Below are positions 55,972-64,000 of a stretch of DNA of 64,000 bases, piece after piece. Made by a program: the position numbers and the translations under genes. Each line of letters opens with the position of its first letter. Position 1 is the stretch's first letter. Below the pieces are notes generated by a model. The model saw only the letters and a list, made by a program, of their open reading frames with translations, had not been told where the DNA came from and did no database searches. Source of the stretch: a virus (lineage: Duplodnaviria > Caudoviricetes); IMG/VR virus record IMGVR_UViG_3300032007_000071, positions 1 through 64,000 of that record, one strand, 5' to 3'.

Positions 55972-56685
55972 TTATTTCTCTCCGGGTTGTTTCTCTGCCG
56001 CCATGTCCACGCGGTCGTTGATGCCGATGTGAGAGTTGTGAACGTCTTGGATGTTGACGGGCATCCGGCGGAGGAAGGTCTCTTGGTTGCGCAGCAGCTC
56101 TGAGAACTTCGCCTTCAGTTCGGCAATGTCGTGCTCCAAGAGATCCACCCGATGGGCAAGCTCAGCATAAGAGGGAGCGGTGCGCTCTTCCGTTTTTGTG
56201 GCACAGCCCCGGTTGGGGTCGTTGAGAAAGAGGAAAGGTGAGAGGGAGAAGGCGTTGCAGGTGGCGAAGAAGTCCGTTACCTTGAACCGCCGTTTGAGTG
56301 AAAAGCGTTCGTGTGGCTTCTGTGCACTGGCTTTCATCACCACAGCCACGTCTTTCCAGTTGATCCGTCCGTTGCCGTCGCCAAAGGTGTTCTCTACCGC
56401 CTCGTAGTTCCACGACACGGGCTTCCACTGGTCGAGCGGGATGGTAGCACTTTCCCGGTTGGGGATGATGAAATTGTTGTCCTCGGCCACAAAAAGGTAT
56501 AACGGCATCCGCAGGGAGTTGCAGAGGTTGAGTAGAACTTGTATGCTTACAACATTTTCGTTTGTTGTGTAGCGACTCAGTACCTGCTGGCGTAGTCCGC
56601 AGCGACGTGCTATCTCAGTACCCGTGATGTCTAACACCTCGGATAACCGACTGAATAGCGGTAAGTTAAAGCTCCATTTGTCCAT
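55972..56685 (-). CDS. XRE-family HTH regulator with two HTH-like halves (repressor candidate)
   Basis: ITGTEIARRCGLRQQVLSRY HTH; second HTH-like NWKDVAVVMKAS; divergent from the replication operon. Confidence 0.75.
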   Translation of the reverse strand: MDKWSFNLPLFSRLSEVLDITGTEIARRCGLRQQVLSRYTTNENVVSIQVLLNLCNSLRMPLYLFVAEDNNFIIPNRESATIPLDQWKPVSWNYEAVENTFGDGNGRINWKDVAVVMKASAQKPHERFSLKRRFKVTDFFATCNAFSLSPFLFLNDPNRGCATKTEERTAPSYAELAHRVDLLEHDIAELKAKFSELLRNQETFLRRMPVNIQDVHNSHIGINDRVDMAAEKQPGEK

Positions 56686-56814
56686 GATCGCATATTCTTT
56701 ATGGTTGATACTCTAAAATTTTAACATATAGTTTTGGTGAATATATCTCCAAAACTCTTTGTCATTTCGCACAAAAGTTATACCTTTGTGGCAAAGTTAC
56801 AACAAATATGTGAA

Positions 56815-57174
56815 ATGAGCAACCAAAAACATAAAATCAAACCCGCGGTAAAGCACTACTTCCTCCGCCTTTGGGCAGCCCTCTGTGGCCGCGACCTATA
56901 TAATAAGGAGAAGAAGGAGCTGGAGCAGCGCCTTGACAAGGCCACTGCCGAGTTGGGCAAACTGAAAGAGATGTATGCCACGGCTTTGGACCAGTGGAGC
57001 AACGCACAGGTTATGGCCAGGGATTTGGACGAACAGAACACAGTGCTGACGCATGATCTTGCCGAGTTCCGTGATTCCCTCTCCTCGTGCCGCCGTCTCG
57101 TCGAGACCCTCCGTGAGCACCTCCGGGAAAAGGACAAGCAGCTCGACGCTTATGTAAAAGGAGCACATATATAA
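56815..57174 (+). CDS. Coiled-coil hypothetical protein
   Basis: ATG after promoter TAccTTTG at 56781. Confidence 0.65.
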   Translation: MSNQKHKIKPAVKHYFLRLWAALCGRDLYNKEKKELEQRLDKATAELGKLKEMYATALDQWSNAQVMARDLDEQNTVLTHDLAEFRDSLSSCRRLVETLREHLREKDKQLDAYVKGAHI

Positions 57175-57197
57175 TAAGGTGTACCAAAACAAGAAGA

Positions 57198-57491
57198 ATG
57201 AATATAGGACAAGCAATCAAGATGCTTCGTCAGAAGCGAAATATGACACAAGGCGATCTGGCTTCACGTATCGGAATGAGCGTGAATGCGGTGAGCTCGT
57301 GGGAGCTGGGTAAGTCGTTCCCGCCCAAGGAGAGCATCAACCTCGTCTGTGAGGCTTTCGGCATCCCCGAGAGCTACCTCATGCTTGCTTGTCTGGAGGA
57401 GAAAGATGTACCCGAAGAGAAGCGGGCGGTCTATCGTGCGTTGATAGATCCGTTGAAGAATATTCTGTTGGAGAAAGGTGACGAGAAGTGA
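57198..57491 (+). CDS. XRE/Cro-family HTH protein
   Basis: LRQKRNMTQGDLASRIGMSVNAVSSWELG. Confidence 0.88.
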   Translation: MNIGQAIKMLRQKRNMTQGDLASRIGMSVNAVSSWELGKSFPPKESINLVCEAFGIPESYLMLACLEEKDVPEEKRAVYRALIDPLKNILLEKGDEK

Positions 57492-60400
57492 GAAAGGAGA
57501 GTCTGGACATACTTCGTAACATCTCACTCGTAGAGGTGATGCGCGCCAACGGCTATGAGCCTGTCCGGTTGCCGAAGGGTGACGGCCGAGTGCTCTATCT
57601 CTGTCCGTTCCACGATGACCATGATGCCTCGTTTGCTGTTGATCAGCGTGTGAAGGATGGTGCGGACGCACCGGGATGGGGATGCTTCGGATGTGGACGG
57701 AAAGGTTATGGAGCCATAGCACTGCAGGCTGCCCTGTTGGGGTACGACTGCACCTCACTCACTGCCGAGCAGATGCGTGAGGTATGCCAGCGGCTCGTCG
57801 ATGACCACGCCATTGAGCTCCCGGACGTGAAACCCACGGAGCCGAGCGAGCGTACCGAGGCCATCAACCCGCAGGATTGTGAGTTTGACCTTACGCCCTG
57901 GACGGCGCAACATCTCAATGCGCTGGGCTTCGCCACCAAGATAGCGACGGAGCAGCAGGGCGATGCGCTGATCGTGAAGCGGAAAGCGGCCGACACGAAG
58001 GACACAGACAAAGAGCAACCGCTCTACCGCTGCTCCATCGACAGAGACTATTGGCGGGGTAGGGGAGAAAGCCGTACCGCTAAGGAGTGGGGCGAGATCC
58101 TCGAAAAGACGTTCGACGTCTATCCCGTGGAAACGTTTACCACTGCTCCCGTGACTGTCACCAATGGCAGTGGCAAGGTGTCGTTGAAGATACCGTCACG
58201 GCCGAGCTATCCCATCTTCGCCTTCACATACGATTGGGGCATTAAGAAATATGAGCCGAAAGGTGGACCCTCGCACAAATGGTACTGGAGTCGGAGCGAG
58301 GGACTGGCTACCAAGATCTATGGTGATAACGTGGCGGTAGTAGCCCTCCGGCAAGCCGCCAAGACGAACACCGACGATGGGAAGTCGGAACGCCCGTGGT
58401 TCGCTGACTCGCTGAAAGACCGTCGTCACCCGGTCATCGTCACCGAGCGTGACAGTGACAAGAATCCCGTCAAGGCAAAGATGAAACGACTGGTGCTTTG
58501 TAGTGGTCCGAGAGATGCCATGCAGATGTGGGCGGCAACAGACGCTCATGTGCTGTGGCTTCACAATGAGTTGGCAGGTATCAAGGACGGGATGGTGGAC
58601 GACTGGCTGAAAGCACTCTTAGTGAGAATGTCGTCAGTGGCCGTGAATATCTACGTCTGCTACGACCTCGACACCACGGGCGTGACAAGCAGTGCTGCCA
58701 TTGCCCTGGAAAACCCCAAGGTACACTGGGTGCGCTTGCCGCAGGAGATGACGGCCGTCACCCTCCCTGCTAAGAAGAAAGGGGAAGTGAAACGATTAAA
58801 GGATGTAACCGATTTCGTGACACGCTTCCATCAGATACAGAAACACTTCGCTCCCGACCTTCGCAAGAACAACCCCTCGGAGGCACTGATGCGCTTGTTG
58901 AAGAATGCGCTGACGATGCAGTTCTGGATCGACAAGCCGACAACGAAGAAAGACAAGGACGGAGCGCGGGAGACCAACGTGCGCTATGTGCTGAGCGTGG
59001 CCAACCTCCTTCAGTTCCTCGGAGCGAAAGGAATCCGTTGCGTGCAGGACGAGCACGGTCAACGGGCGTTCTACCAGCTCTCCTACAACAATACCTACCG
59101 CTACCTCGACACGTCGAGAGCGGGCAGTCAGCTGGAGAGTGTCTGCCGCACGGCGATGCTCAACTGGATAGACGCACATATCACCGACGAGGACGCGCCT
59201 TATAAGGCCAACCTCGTGAACACCATCTTCACCGGCAAGGGGCTCGACCCTCGCACGATGAACACGATGTCGACAACACCCATCAACGAACACTCGTGGG
59301 GAGAGGACTTCGACCATTTCTTCTTCGCCAACTGTGCCGTGAGGGTGACGAAAGACGAGATCAAGGCGGTGCAATATGCCCAGCTTCCCTATGTCACCAA
59401 CGAGGAGTGTATCCTGCCTGGCGACTACTCCTATATCAAGCAGCCGTGGCGCATCATCATCCATCCGAGATACGAGGCGGAGAAGAAACGGCATGAGGAG
59501 ATCAGTAAGGAGTGCAGCACCCCCGCCATGCGTGCCGCCGAGAACAGACGGTGGACACAATGGGAGCAACTCTGGAAATATAAGCTCGTCATGGACAAGC
59601 CGCTCAACGAGATGCCGCTTCACTTCCGGTTCCTCTACAACCTCGGACGGATTTTCTGGGAGAAGGAGAGTTTCGGAGAGAAACTGACGGAGACGGAGAA
59701 GCAGATGCAGGACATGCACTTCATCAATAAGGTACATGCCATTGGCTATGCCATCACGCGCCATCGGAGCCGTGCCCGTCAGCAGATCGTTCACTTCACT
59801 GACTATGCAGTGAGTGACGAACAGAAAGCAAGCGGGAGAAACGGCAAGAGTGCGGTCATTGACATGTTGGCTTCCGTAAGACCCTCATCGGCAAACGTGG
59901 CGGGAAAGAGTATCAACGGTAACAACATCACGTTGAGCATCATGCTCGGAGATGTGGTGGCTGGCGTACACAGTCTGGTATGCGTCGATGAGCTGCCCGA
60001 CGGCTTCAAGGCAGAGGAGCTCTACAATGCCCCGGTATCACTCGTGTGCAAGACATTATATAAGCAGCCCGTGACCCTCCGGGGCGACGACGTTCCCAAG
60101 CTCTTCATCGCAAGCAACAAGCCCTTCGACCGCTCCAGCGGTTCAACGAAAGGACGTATCTATCCTTGCTTCACGAGCGACTACTACCATGCCGCCACAG
60201 ACGACGGACGATGGTTGGACTTCTCGCCAAAGGATGAATTTATGGAGCAGTATGGCGTGCAGGAGGTGGCGAACGGACTGTCCGACGACCTGCTGAACGA
60301 GTTGCGCAACCTGCTCCTCGCTTGTGCGCAGTTCTTCTTCCAACACCCGACCGACACCATCCTCCCACCGACGGAGAGCCGATCATTGCGACGTGAGATC

Positions 60401-60955
60401 TATGCGATGACAAAGGACGCGGGACTCACCGACTGGCTCCTCGCTTACTTTGAGGACACGCCCGACAATGCCCACTACGGGCAACCGATACCCCCGCAGG
60501 AGATGGCGATCAGTCTGTTAGACTCGGAGAGCGATACCGTCACGACGGCGACAATCGAGAAGGCGAAGAAGCGGATTATGAAATACCTCAAACCCTGTCT
60601 GAACCGCATGGGGGTGGTCATGGATCCGGACGTGGTACTGAACACGGCTTCTTACCGACGACACGGCGGACGACAGATGCGGGCATGGCTCACACAACTC
60701 GATGCCGAGGGGAAGCCGATCGAGAAAATGACCAAGAACAAATATCGGCAGGTGGTGAGCACGGGCGAAAGGGTGCCGAGAGAGTTGAGTGCGCATGTCT
60801 TCGTCCACTACTTCTACCACAATCGACCGGGAGCCATCCCCACCAACCCCTACGAGCCGGGGCATGAGGGCAACGAAAGCTATGTGCAGGCCGCTCTCGA
60901 TCACGACCCGGAAGCGGTGGGAGAGACCGAGAAAGAAGATAAACAAACCGAATAA
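57488..60955 (+). CDS. DNA primase-helicase (CHC2 zinc finger, TOPRIM, P-loop helicase)
   Basis: CPFHDD..WGCFGC zinc finger; CSGPRDA / YDLDTTG TOPRIM; ASGRNGKS Walker A; CVDE Walker B. Confidence 0.88.
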   Translation: MRKESLDILRNISLVEVMRANGYEPVRLPKGDGRVLYLCPFHDDHDASFAVDQRVKDGADAPGWGCFGCGRKGYGAIALQAALLGYDCTSLTAEQMREVCQRLVDDHAIELPDVKPTEPSERTEAINPQDCEFDLTPWTAQHLNALGFATKIATEQQGDALIVKRKAADTKDTDKEQPLYRCSIDRDYWRGRGESRTAKEWGEILEKTFDVYPVETFTTAPVTVTNGSGKVSLKIPSRPSYPIFAFTYDWGIKKYEPKGGPSHKWYWSRSEGLATKIYGDNVAVVALRQAAKTNTDDGKSERPWFADSLKDRRHPVIVTERDSDKNPVKAKMKRLVLCSGPRDAMQMWAATDAHVLWLHNELAGIKDGMVDDWLKALLVRMSSVAVNIYVCYDLDTTGVTSSAAIALENPKVHWVRLPQEMTAVTLPAKKKGEVKRLKDVTDFVTRFHQIQKHFAPDLRKNNPSEALMRLLKNALTMQFWIDKPTTKKDKDGARETNVRYVLSVANLLQFLGAKGIRCVQDEHGQRAFYQLSYNNTYRYLDTSRAGSQLESVCRTAMLNWIDAHITDEDAPYKANLVNTIFTGKGLDPRTMNTMSTTPINEHSWGEDFDHFFFANCAVRVTKDEIKAVQYAQLPYVTNEECILPGDYSYIKQPWRIIIHPRYEAEKKRHEEISKECSTPAMRAAENRRWTQWEQLWKYKLVMDKPLNEMPLHFRFLYNLGRIFWEKESFGEKLTETEKQMQDMHFINKVHAIGYAITRHRSRARQQIVHFTDYAVSDEQKASGRNGKSAVIDMLASVRPSSANVAGKSINGNNITLSIMLGDVVAGVHSLVCVDELPDGFKAEELYNAPVSLVCKTLYKQPVTLRGDDVPKLFIASNKPFDRSSGSTKGRIYPCFTSDYYHAATDDGRWLDFSPKDEFMEQYGVQEVANGLSDDLLNELRNLLLACAQFFFQHPTDTILPPTESRSLRREIYAMTKDAGLTDWLLAYFEDTPDNAHYGQPIPPQEMAISLLDSESDTVTTATIEKAKKRIMKYLKPCLNRMGVVMDPDVVLNTASYRRHGGRQMRAWLTQLDAEGKPIEKMTKNKYRQVVSTGERVPRELSAHVFVHYFYHNRPGAIPTNPYEPGHEGNESYVQAALDHDPEAVGETEKEDKQTE

Positions 60956-60968
60956 ACGATAAACAGAT

Positions 60969-61430
60969 ATGGTCAACAAAAAGGACTGCAAAGTCGTCGT
61001 CTTGAAACGCTCCTGCCTGACGGGAAGAATCGTCTGGGCATATCGGGGCGACAGTGAGGAGGGTGCCCGCAAAGCCTATTGGCGAGCCTGTAAGAAAGAG
61101 GTGAGACGTGTGCGCAACTGGATGAAGCGTATGGCAAACCGCCGCCGACAACTGCTACGCATCATCACCCACGGCGACAACACTTCGGTGAGCAGCTCCA
61201 TGCTAAAGAGTATGAATCCTCAGCAACGGGCGGCAGCGCGCAAAATTATGCAACTCGCCAAGAAAGAGCCGCCGTTGGACAGAGCATTCTATGACCATAT
61301 CATCGAGGAAGCGAAAAGACGCAACTGGCAGTCGGGACGGTGGAAAGAAACCCGTGAGAAGATGATACGCTACGGTCAGACCCACACGGCCAGCGAATAC
61401 CAACCCAAGGACAAAAAGAAAAAACAATAG
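60969..61430 (+). CDS. Basic hypothetical protein
   Basis: 153-aa ORF in the replication operon. Confidence 0.65.
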   Translation: MVNKKDCKVVVLKRSCLTGRIVWAYRGDSEEGARKAYWRACKKEVRRVRNWMKRMANRRRQLLRIITHGDNTSVSSSMLKSMNPQQRAAARKIMQLAKKEPPLDRAFYDHIIEEAKRRNWQSGRWKETREKMIRYGQTHTASEYQPKDKKKKQ

Positions 61431-61474
61431 ATAATGAATTTTACATAATTCGTATTTAAGAATAAAAGAAAACA

Positions 61475-62359
61475 ATGAGATACATTAATCCAATCGTAGA
61501 ATACTGGCAGCAGTCGAAAGACCGTGCGGCACATGTGGCGAAATGCGCCCGTGTGTGCTACGCCTCAGAGAAGACCACCGACAACGAGCAGATGGTGGCT
61601 CGGCTCGAAGCCAACAAGCACATGTCGATGTTCCGCCACGAGAGCCGCTACTATATTGTCCCGGATATTAAACTATTGAAAGCCGACTGGGTGATCCACT
61701 TCCTACAGAACAAGGACTATGTCGGGTGCTACGTGCTGAACAAGCGTTCCGCATGGATCAGTACCAACGGGCAGTTCGTGCGCGAGCATACCGCCATATT
61801 TGAGGGAGAGCTGGGGAAGTATGAAGTGGACCCGTCGGTGTTCCGGGCCAAGGCACGGGAGAGCAAGCAGAAAGCTATCATGATGCTGGTGCGCCACACA
61901 CTCTGCGTGACGACGAGCATTGCCATCACCAGGGAGCTGAACCGCAAGTCGCCCAACAGCATCGCCGAGCAGAGTACGAGATACGTCAACTTCGGAAAGA
62001 AGTTCGGTGGTATCACCATCTGCCGGTCGTGGTTTCAACTGGCATGGCACAAAGACAAGATGAGCCATTCATGGTGGCGCACGCTGCCCATCCGCCTCTC
62101 ATGGCATGTCGCTGATTGGGCTTACCGCTTGTCATTGCGGTTGGGTGTGAAGCCACAGGACGCACGAGCCTGTCTGCCCTTGGAGACCGCCAGTCGTGCC
62201 GTCTATACCTACAACGGCTTCGAGTGGAAAGAGATCCTCGATCTGCGATTGCGTCAGCTCACCGGACCTGCACACCCCGATGCGGTGATCATCGCCGAAA
62301 AGATACAACATGCGATCCTATGGCAGATGAACCTGTGCGGAATAAACATCAGTATTTAG
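61475..62359 (+). CDS. thyX: Flavin-dependent thymidylate synthase
   Basis: KCARVCYAS, HMSMFRH, ITRELNR...EQSTRY, QDARACLP, LDLRL..AHPDA. Confidence 0.85.
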   Translation: MRYINPIVEYWQQSKDRAAHVAKCARVCYASEKTTDNEQMVARLEANKHMSMFRHESRYYIVPDIKLLKADWVIHFLQNKDYVGCYVLNKRSAWISTNGQFVREHTAIFEGELGKYEVDPSVFRAKARESKQKAIMMLVRHTLCVTTSIAITRELNRKSPNSIAEQSTRYVNFGKKFGGITICRSWFQLAWHKDKMSHSWWRTLPIRLSWHVADWAYRLSLRLGVKPQDARACLPLETASRAVYTYNGFEWKEILDLRLRQLTGPAHPDAVIIAEKIQHAILWQMNLCGINISI

Positions 62360-62570
62360 GGCATACGGAGCATGGACTTCGTGCAGTTTTTGCACGTACT
62401 GCCCTACCCGCACATAGTACTGATTATGATAAATCTCAGAGCACAAACGTGTGTACGATAAATGATGAAATGAAAGGTATGTGTTATCTGTTCCTACCCC
62501 TTCGGAACCTTTCTTGCCATTGATGGACTGGAGGTGGTAAATACGGACCAATTAGAAATTGAAATAGACC

Positions 62571-62771
62571 ATGACAGAATATGAATACAGACAACGACGG
62601 CTACTGCTGCAAGAGCGGTTCCTGGCGATCCCCAACCCGAAAGTGCTGCGGCATACGGCCAACAGAGTGATGCGGATGATGGCCGCTCTCGACGCGGAAT
62701 ATACGGGTCGGCCAGAGGAGGACTGCTATAATCAGCTCGTGAAGGTACTAAAAGAGAAAGGAAAACTATGA
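62571..62771 (+). CDS. Hypothetical protein
   Basis: 66 aa, ATGA overlap with the next gene. Confidence 0.6.
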   Translation: MTEYEYRQRRLLLQERFLAIPNPKVLRHTANRVMRMMAALDAEYTGRPEEDCYNQLVKVLKEKGKL

Positions 62772-63313
62772 AGAAGAAAGTGCTGTGCATCATCGGCCAT
62801 TCAGGGAGTGGCAAGACGACCATCGAGGAGATATTGGCGAGAACCTTCCCGTTGCATTTCAACCGGGTGGTGAGCTACACCACTCGTCCGATGCGGGAAG
62901 GAGAGCAGGAAGGCGTGGAGCACCATTTCGTCGGGAAGGACAAAGTGCCGACGGGCAAGGATGTGCTGGCCTATACCAAGTATGGAGACTACGAGTATTG
63001 GGCGTTACCCGGCGACCTTGCGACGGGGAAGATCAATACCTACGTCATCGACGTGGAGGGCTACCGCTACCTGCAACGGTTCTATGGCGACCAGTTGGAA
63101 CTTCGGGTGATGTACGTCAAACGAAGCACGTGCAGCGACATAGACCCAGAGCGGGCGCACAGAGATGAGGGACGGATGCAGCTGGAACCGGACGACATCG
63201 ACGTGTTGCTTCGGAACAATGGAAGCATCAGTGATCTGATCGCCAACGTGACGAACAATATCATCTATTACATCATGAGCATCTTCAACGAGAACCCTTT
63301 GGATGCCAAATAG
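62768..63313 (+). CDS. Guanylate-kinase-like nucleotide monophosphate kinase
   Basis: GHSGSGKT, VSYTTRPMREGE..GVEHHF, YGDYEY. Confidence 0.88.
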   Translation: MKKKVLCIIGHSGSGKTTIEEILARTFPLHFNRVVSYTTRPMREGEQEGVEHHFVGKDKVPTGKDVLAYTKYGDYEYWALPGDLATGKINTYVIDVEGYRYLQRFYGDQLELRVMYVKRSTCSDIDPERAHRDEGRMQLEPDDIDVLLRNNGSISDLIANVTNNIIYYIMSIFNENPLDAK

Positions 63314-63346
63314 GGAAAAGTAGTATAATCATAAAAACTAAAAGCA

Positions 63347-63844
63347 ATGAAATCAAAGACAAGTTTGTGGTTTGAAACCAAGGTCCGCCTTGACAAAGTA
63401 CAGGAAGACGGAACCCAGAAGAAAGTGACGGAACTTTACGTCGTCGAAGCAATGAGCTTCACCGAGGCCGAGGCGAAGATTACTGCCGTGGCAAAAGACT
63501 ATACGTCGGGCGAGTTCTCTGTCAAGAATATCACGCCAACGAGCTATCACGAGATCTTCTTCTCGGAAAACAGCAAGGACGACAAGTGGTACAAGGCCAA
63601 GCTCCAGTTTATCACCATCGACGAGAAGACGGAGAAGGAAAAGCACCAGACCATCTACTACCTCGTGCAGGGCAGCTCCACCGAGAGTGCACAAAAGACT
63701 ATCAACGAGGTTATGGGCCACACGATGATAGATTATGTTATCGTAAGCATCGTCGAGACGAAGATCCTTGATGTCTTTGAGCATAAAGCCAACGATGGCG
63801 CAGCAGAGACTGGAAGCAATAAAACCATTGATGAGTTTGAATAA
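63347..63844 (+). CDS. DUF4494-like Bacteroidota protein
   Basis: WFETKVR...YVVEAMSFTEAEAKI...KWYKAKLQFITIDEKTEKEK...YLVQG. Confidence 0.8.
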   Translation: MKSKTSLWFETKVRLDKVQEDGTQKKVTELYVVEAMSFTEAEAKITAVAKDYTSGEFSVKNITPTSYHEIFFSENSKDDKWYKAKLQFITIDEKTEKEKHQTIYYLVQGSSTESAQKTINEVMGHTMIDYVIVSIVETKILDVFEHKANDGAAETGSNKTIDEFE

Positions 63845-64000
63845 TGGCTAAGTTGACCGACGAAGAGCGCAAGCGCATATTGGCGAAGATCAAGAAGCTC
63901 CTGGCCCTAAAAGAGGGAGCTGAGAAGATTGGCAGTGAGGGCGAAGCCTATGCTGCCGCCAATGGCGTGCACCGGCTGCTGACAGAGTACAATCTGTCGA
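63844..64000 (+). CDS. DUF2786-like protein (3'-truncated)
   Basis: RILAKIKKLLALKE...EGEAYAAA..HRLLTEYNL. Confidence 0.7.
   Translation, partial: MAKLTDEERKRILAKIKKLLALKEGAEKIGSEGEAYAAANGVHRLLTEYNLS

Noticed and set aside
1-64000. Diversity-generating retroelement, retron, integrase or DDE transposase
   Set aside because: No reverse transcriptase (YxDD), tyrosine/serine recombinase or DDE motifs recognised in any ORF, and no TR/VR pair seen

Overview
The window is a 64-kb piece of a large tailed-phage genome from a Bacteroidota host, most likely Prevotellaceae-like: it has Bacteroidota TAnnTTTG/TTTG promoters, no Shine-Dalgarno dependence and Bacteroidota-type lipoproteins. It carries virion genes (5'-truncated tape measure protein of more than 2180 aa, large terminase, S49 prohead protease/scaffold, major capsid, probable tail tube), lysis genes (GH73 endolysin, candidate u-spanin) and lytic replication genes (primase-helicase, ThyX, nucleotide kinase). 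It also carries a plasmid-type replicon (Rep_3-like initiator, iterons, ParA plus a small partner and 24-bp centromere-like arrays), so it looks like a phage-plasmid. No integrase is seen in the window. A co-oriented early/accessory block of about 22 kb (25.2-47.2 kb) holds anti-defence genes (PcfK/AcrIIA9-like, PcfJ split by an amber codon, ArdA, ArdC, DarB-like methylase-helicase) and many small acidic ORFs. The most striking unexplained structures are four. (1) Seven dispersed modular inverted-repeat elements: six are 'empty' and one holds a GxxExxY PD-(D/E)XK nuclease gene where the others have a short variable core, suggesting an undescribed MITE/REP-like mobile system. (2) A promoter-driven small RNA whose terminator loop is the exact complement of an AGCTACAAC motif repeated in several 5' leaders. 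(3) An extended GCCCTTGAC -33 element shared by four late promoters. (4) Two tRNA-elbow-like folds in the early leader. All calls come from reading the sequence and ORF track by eye; no database searches were run.
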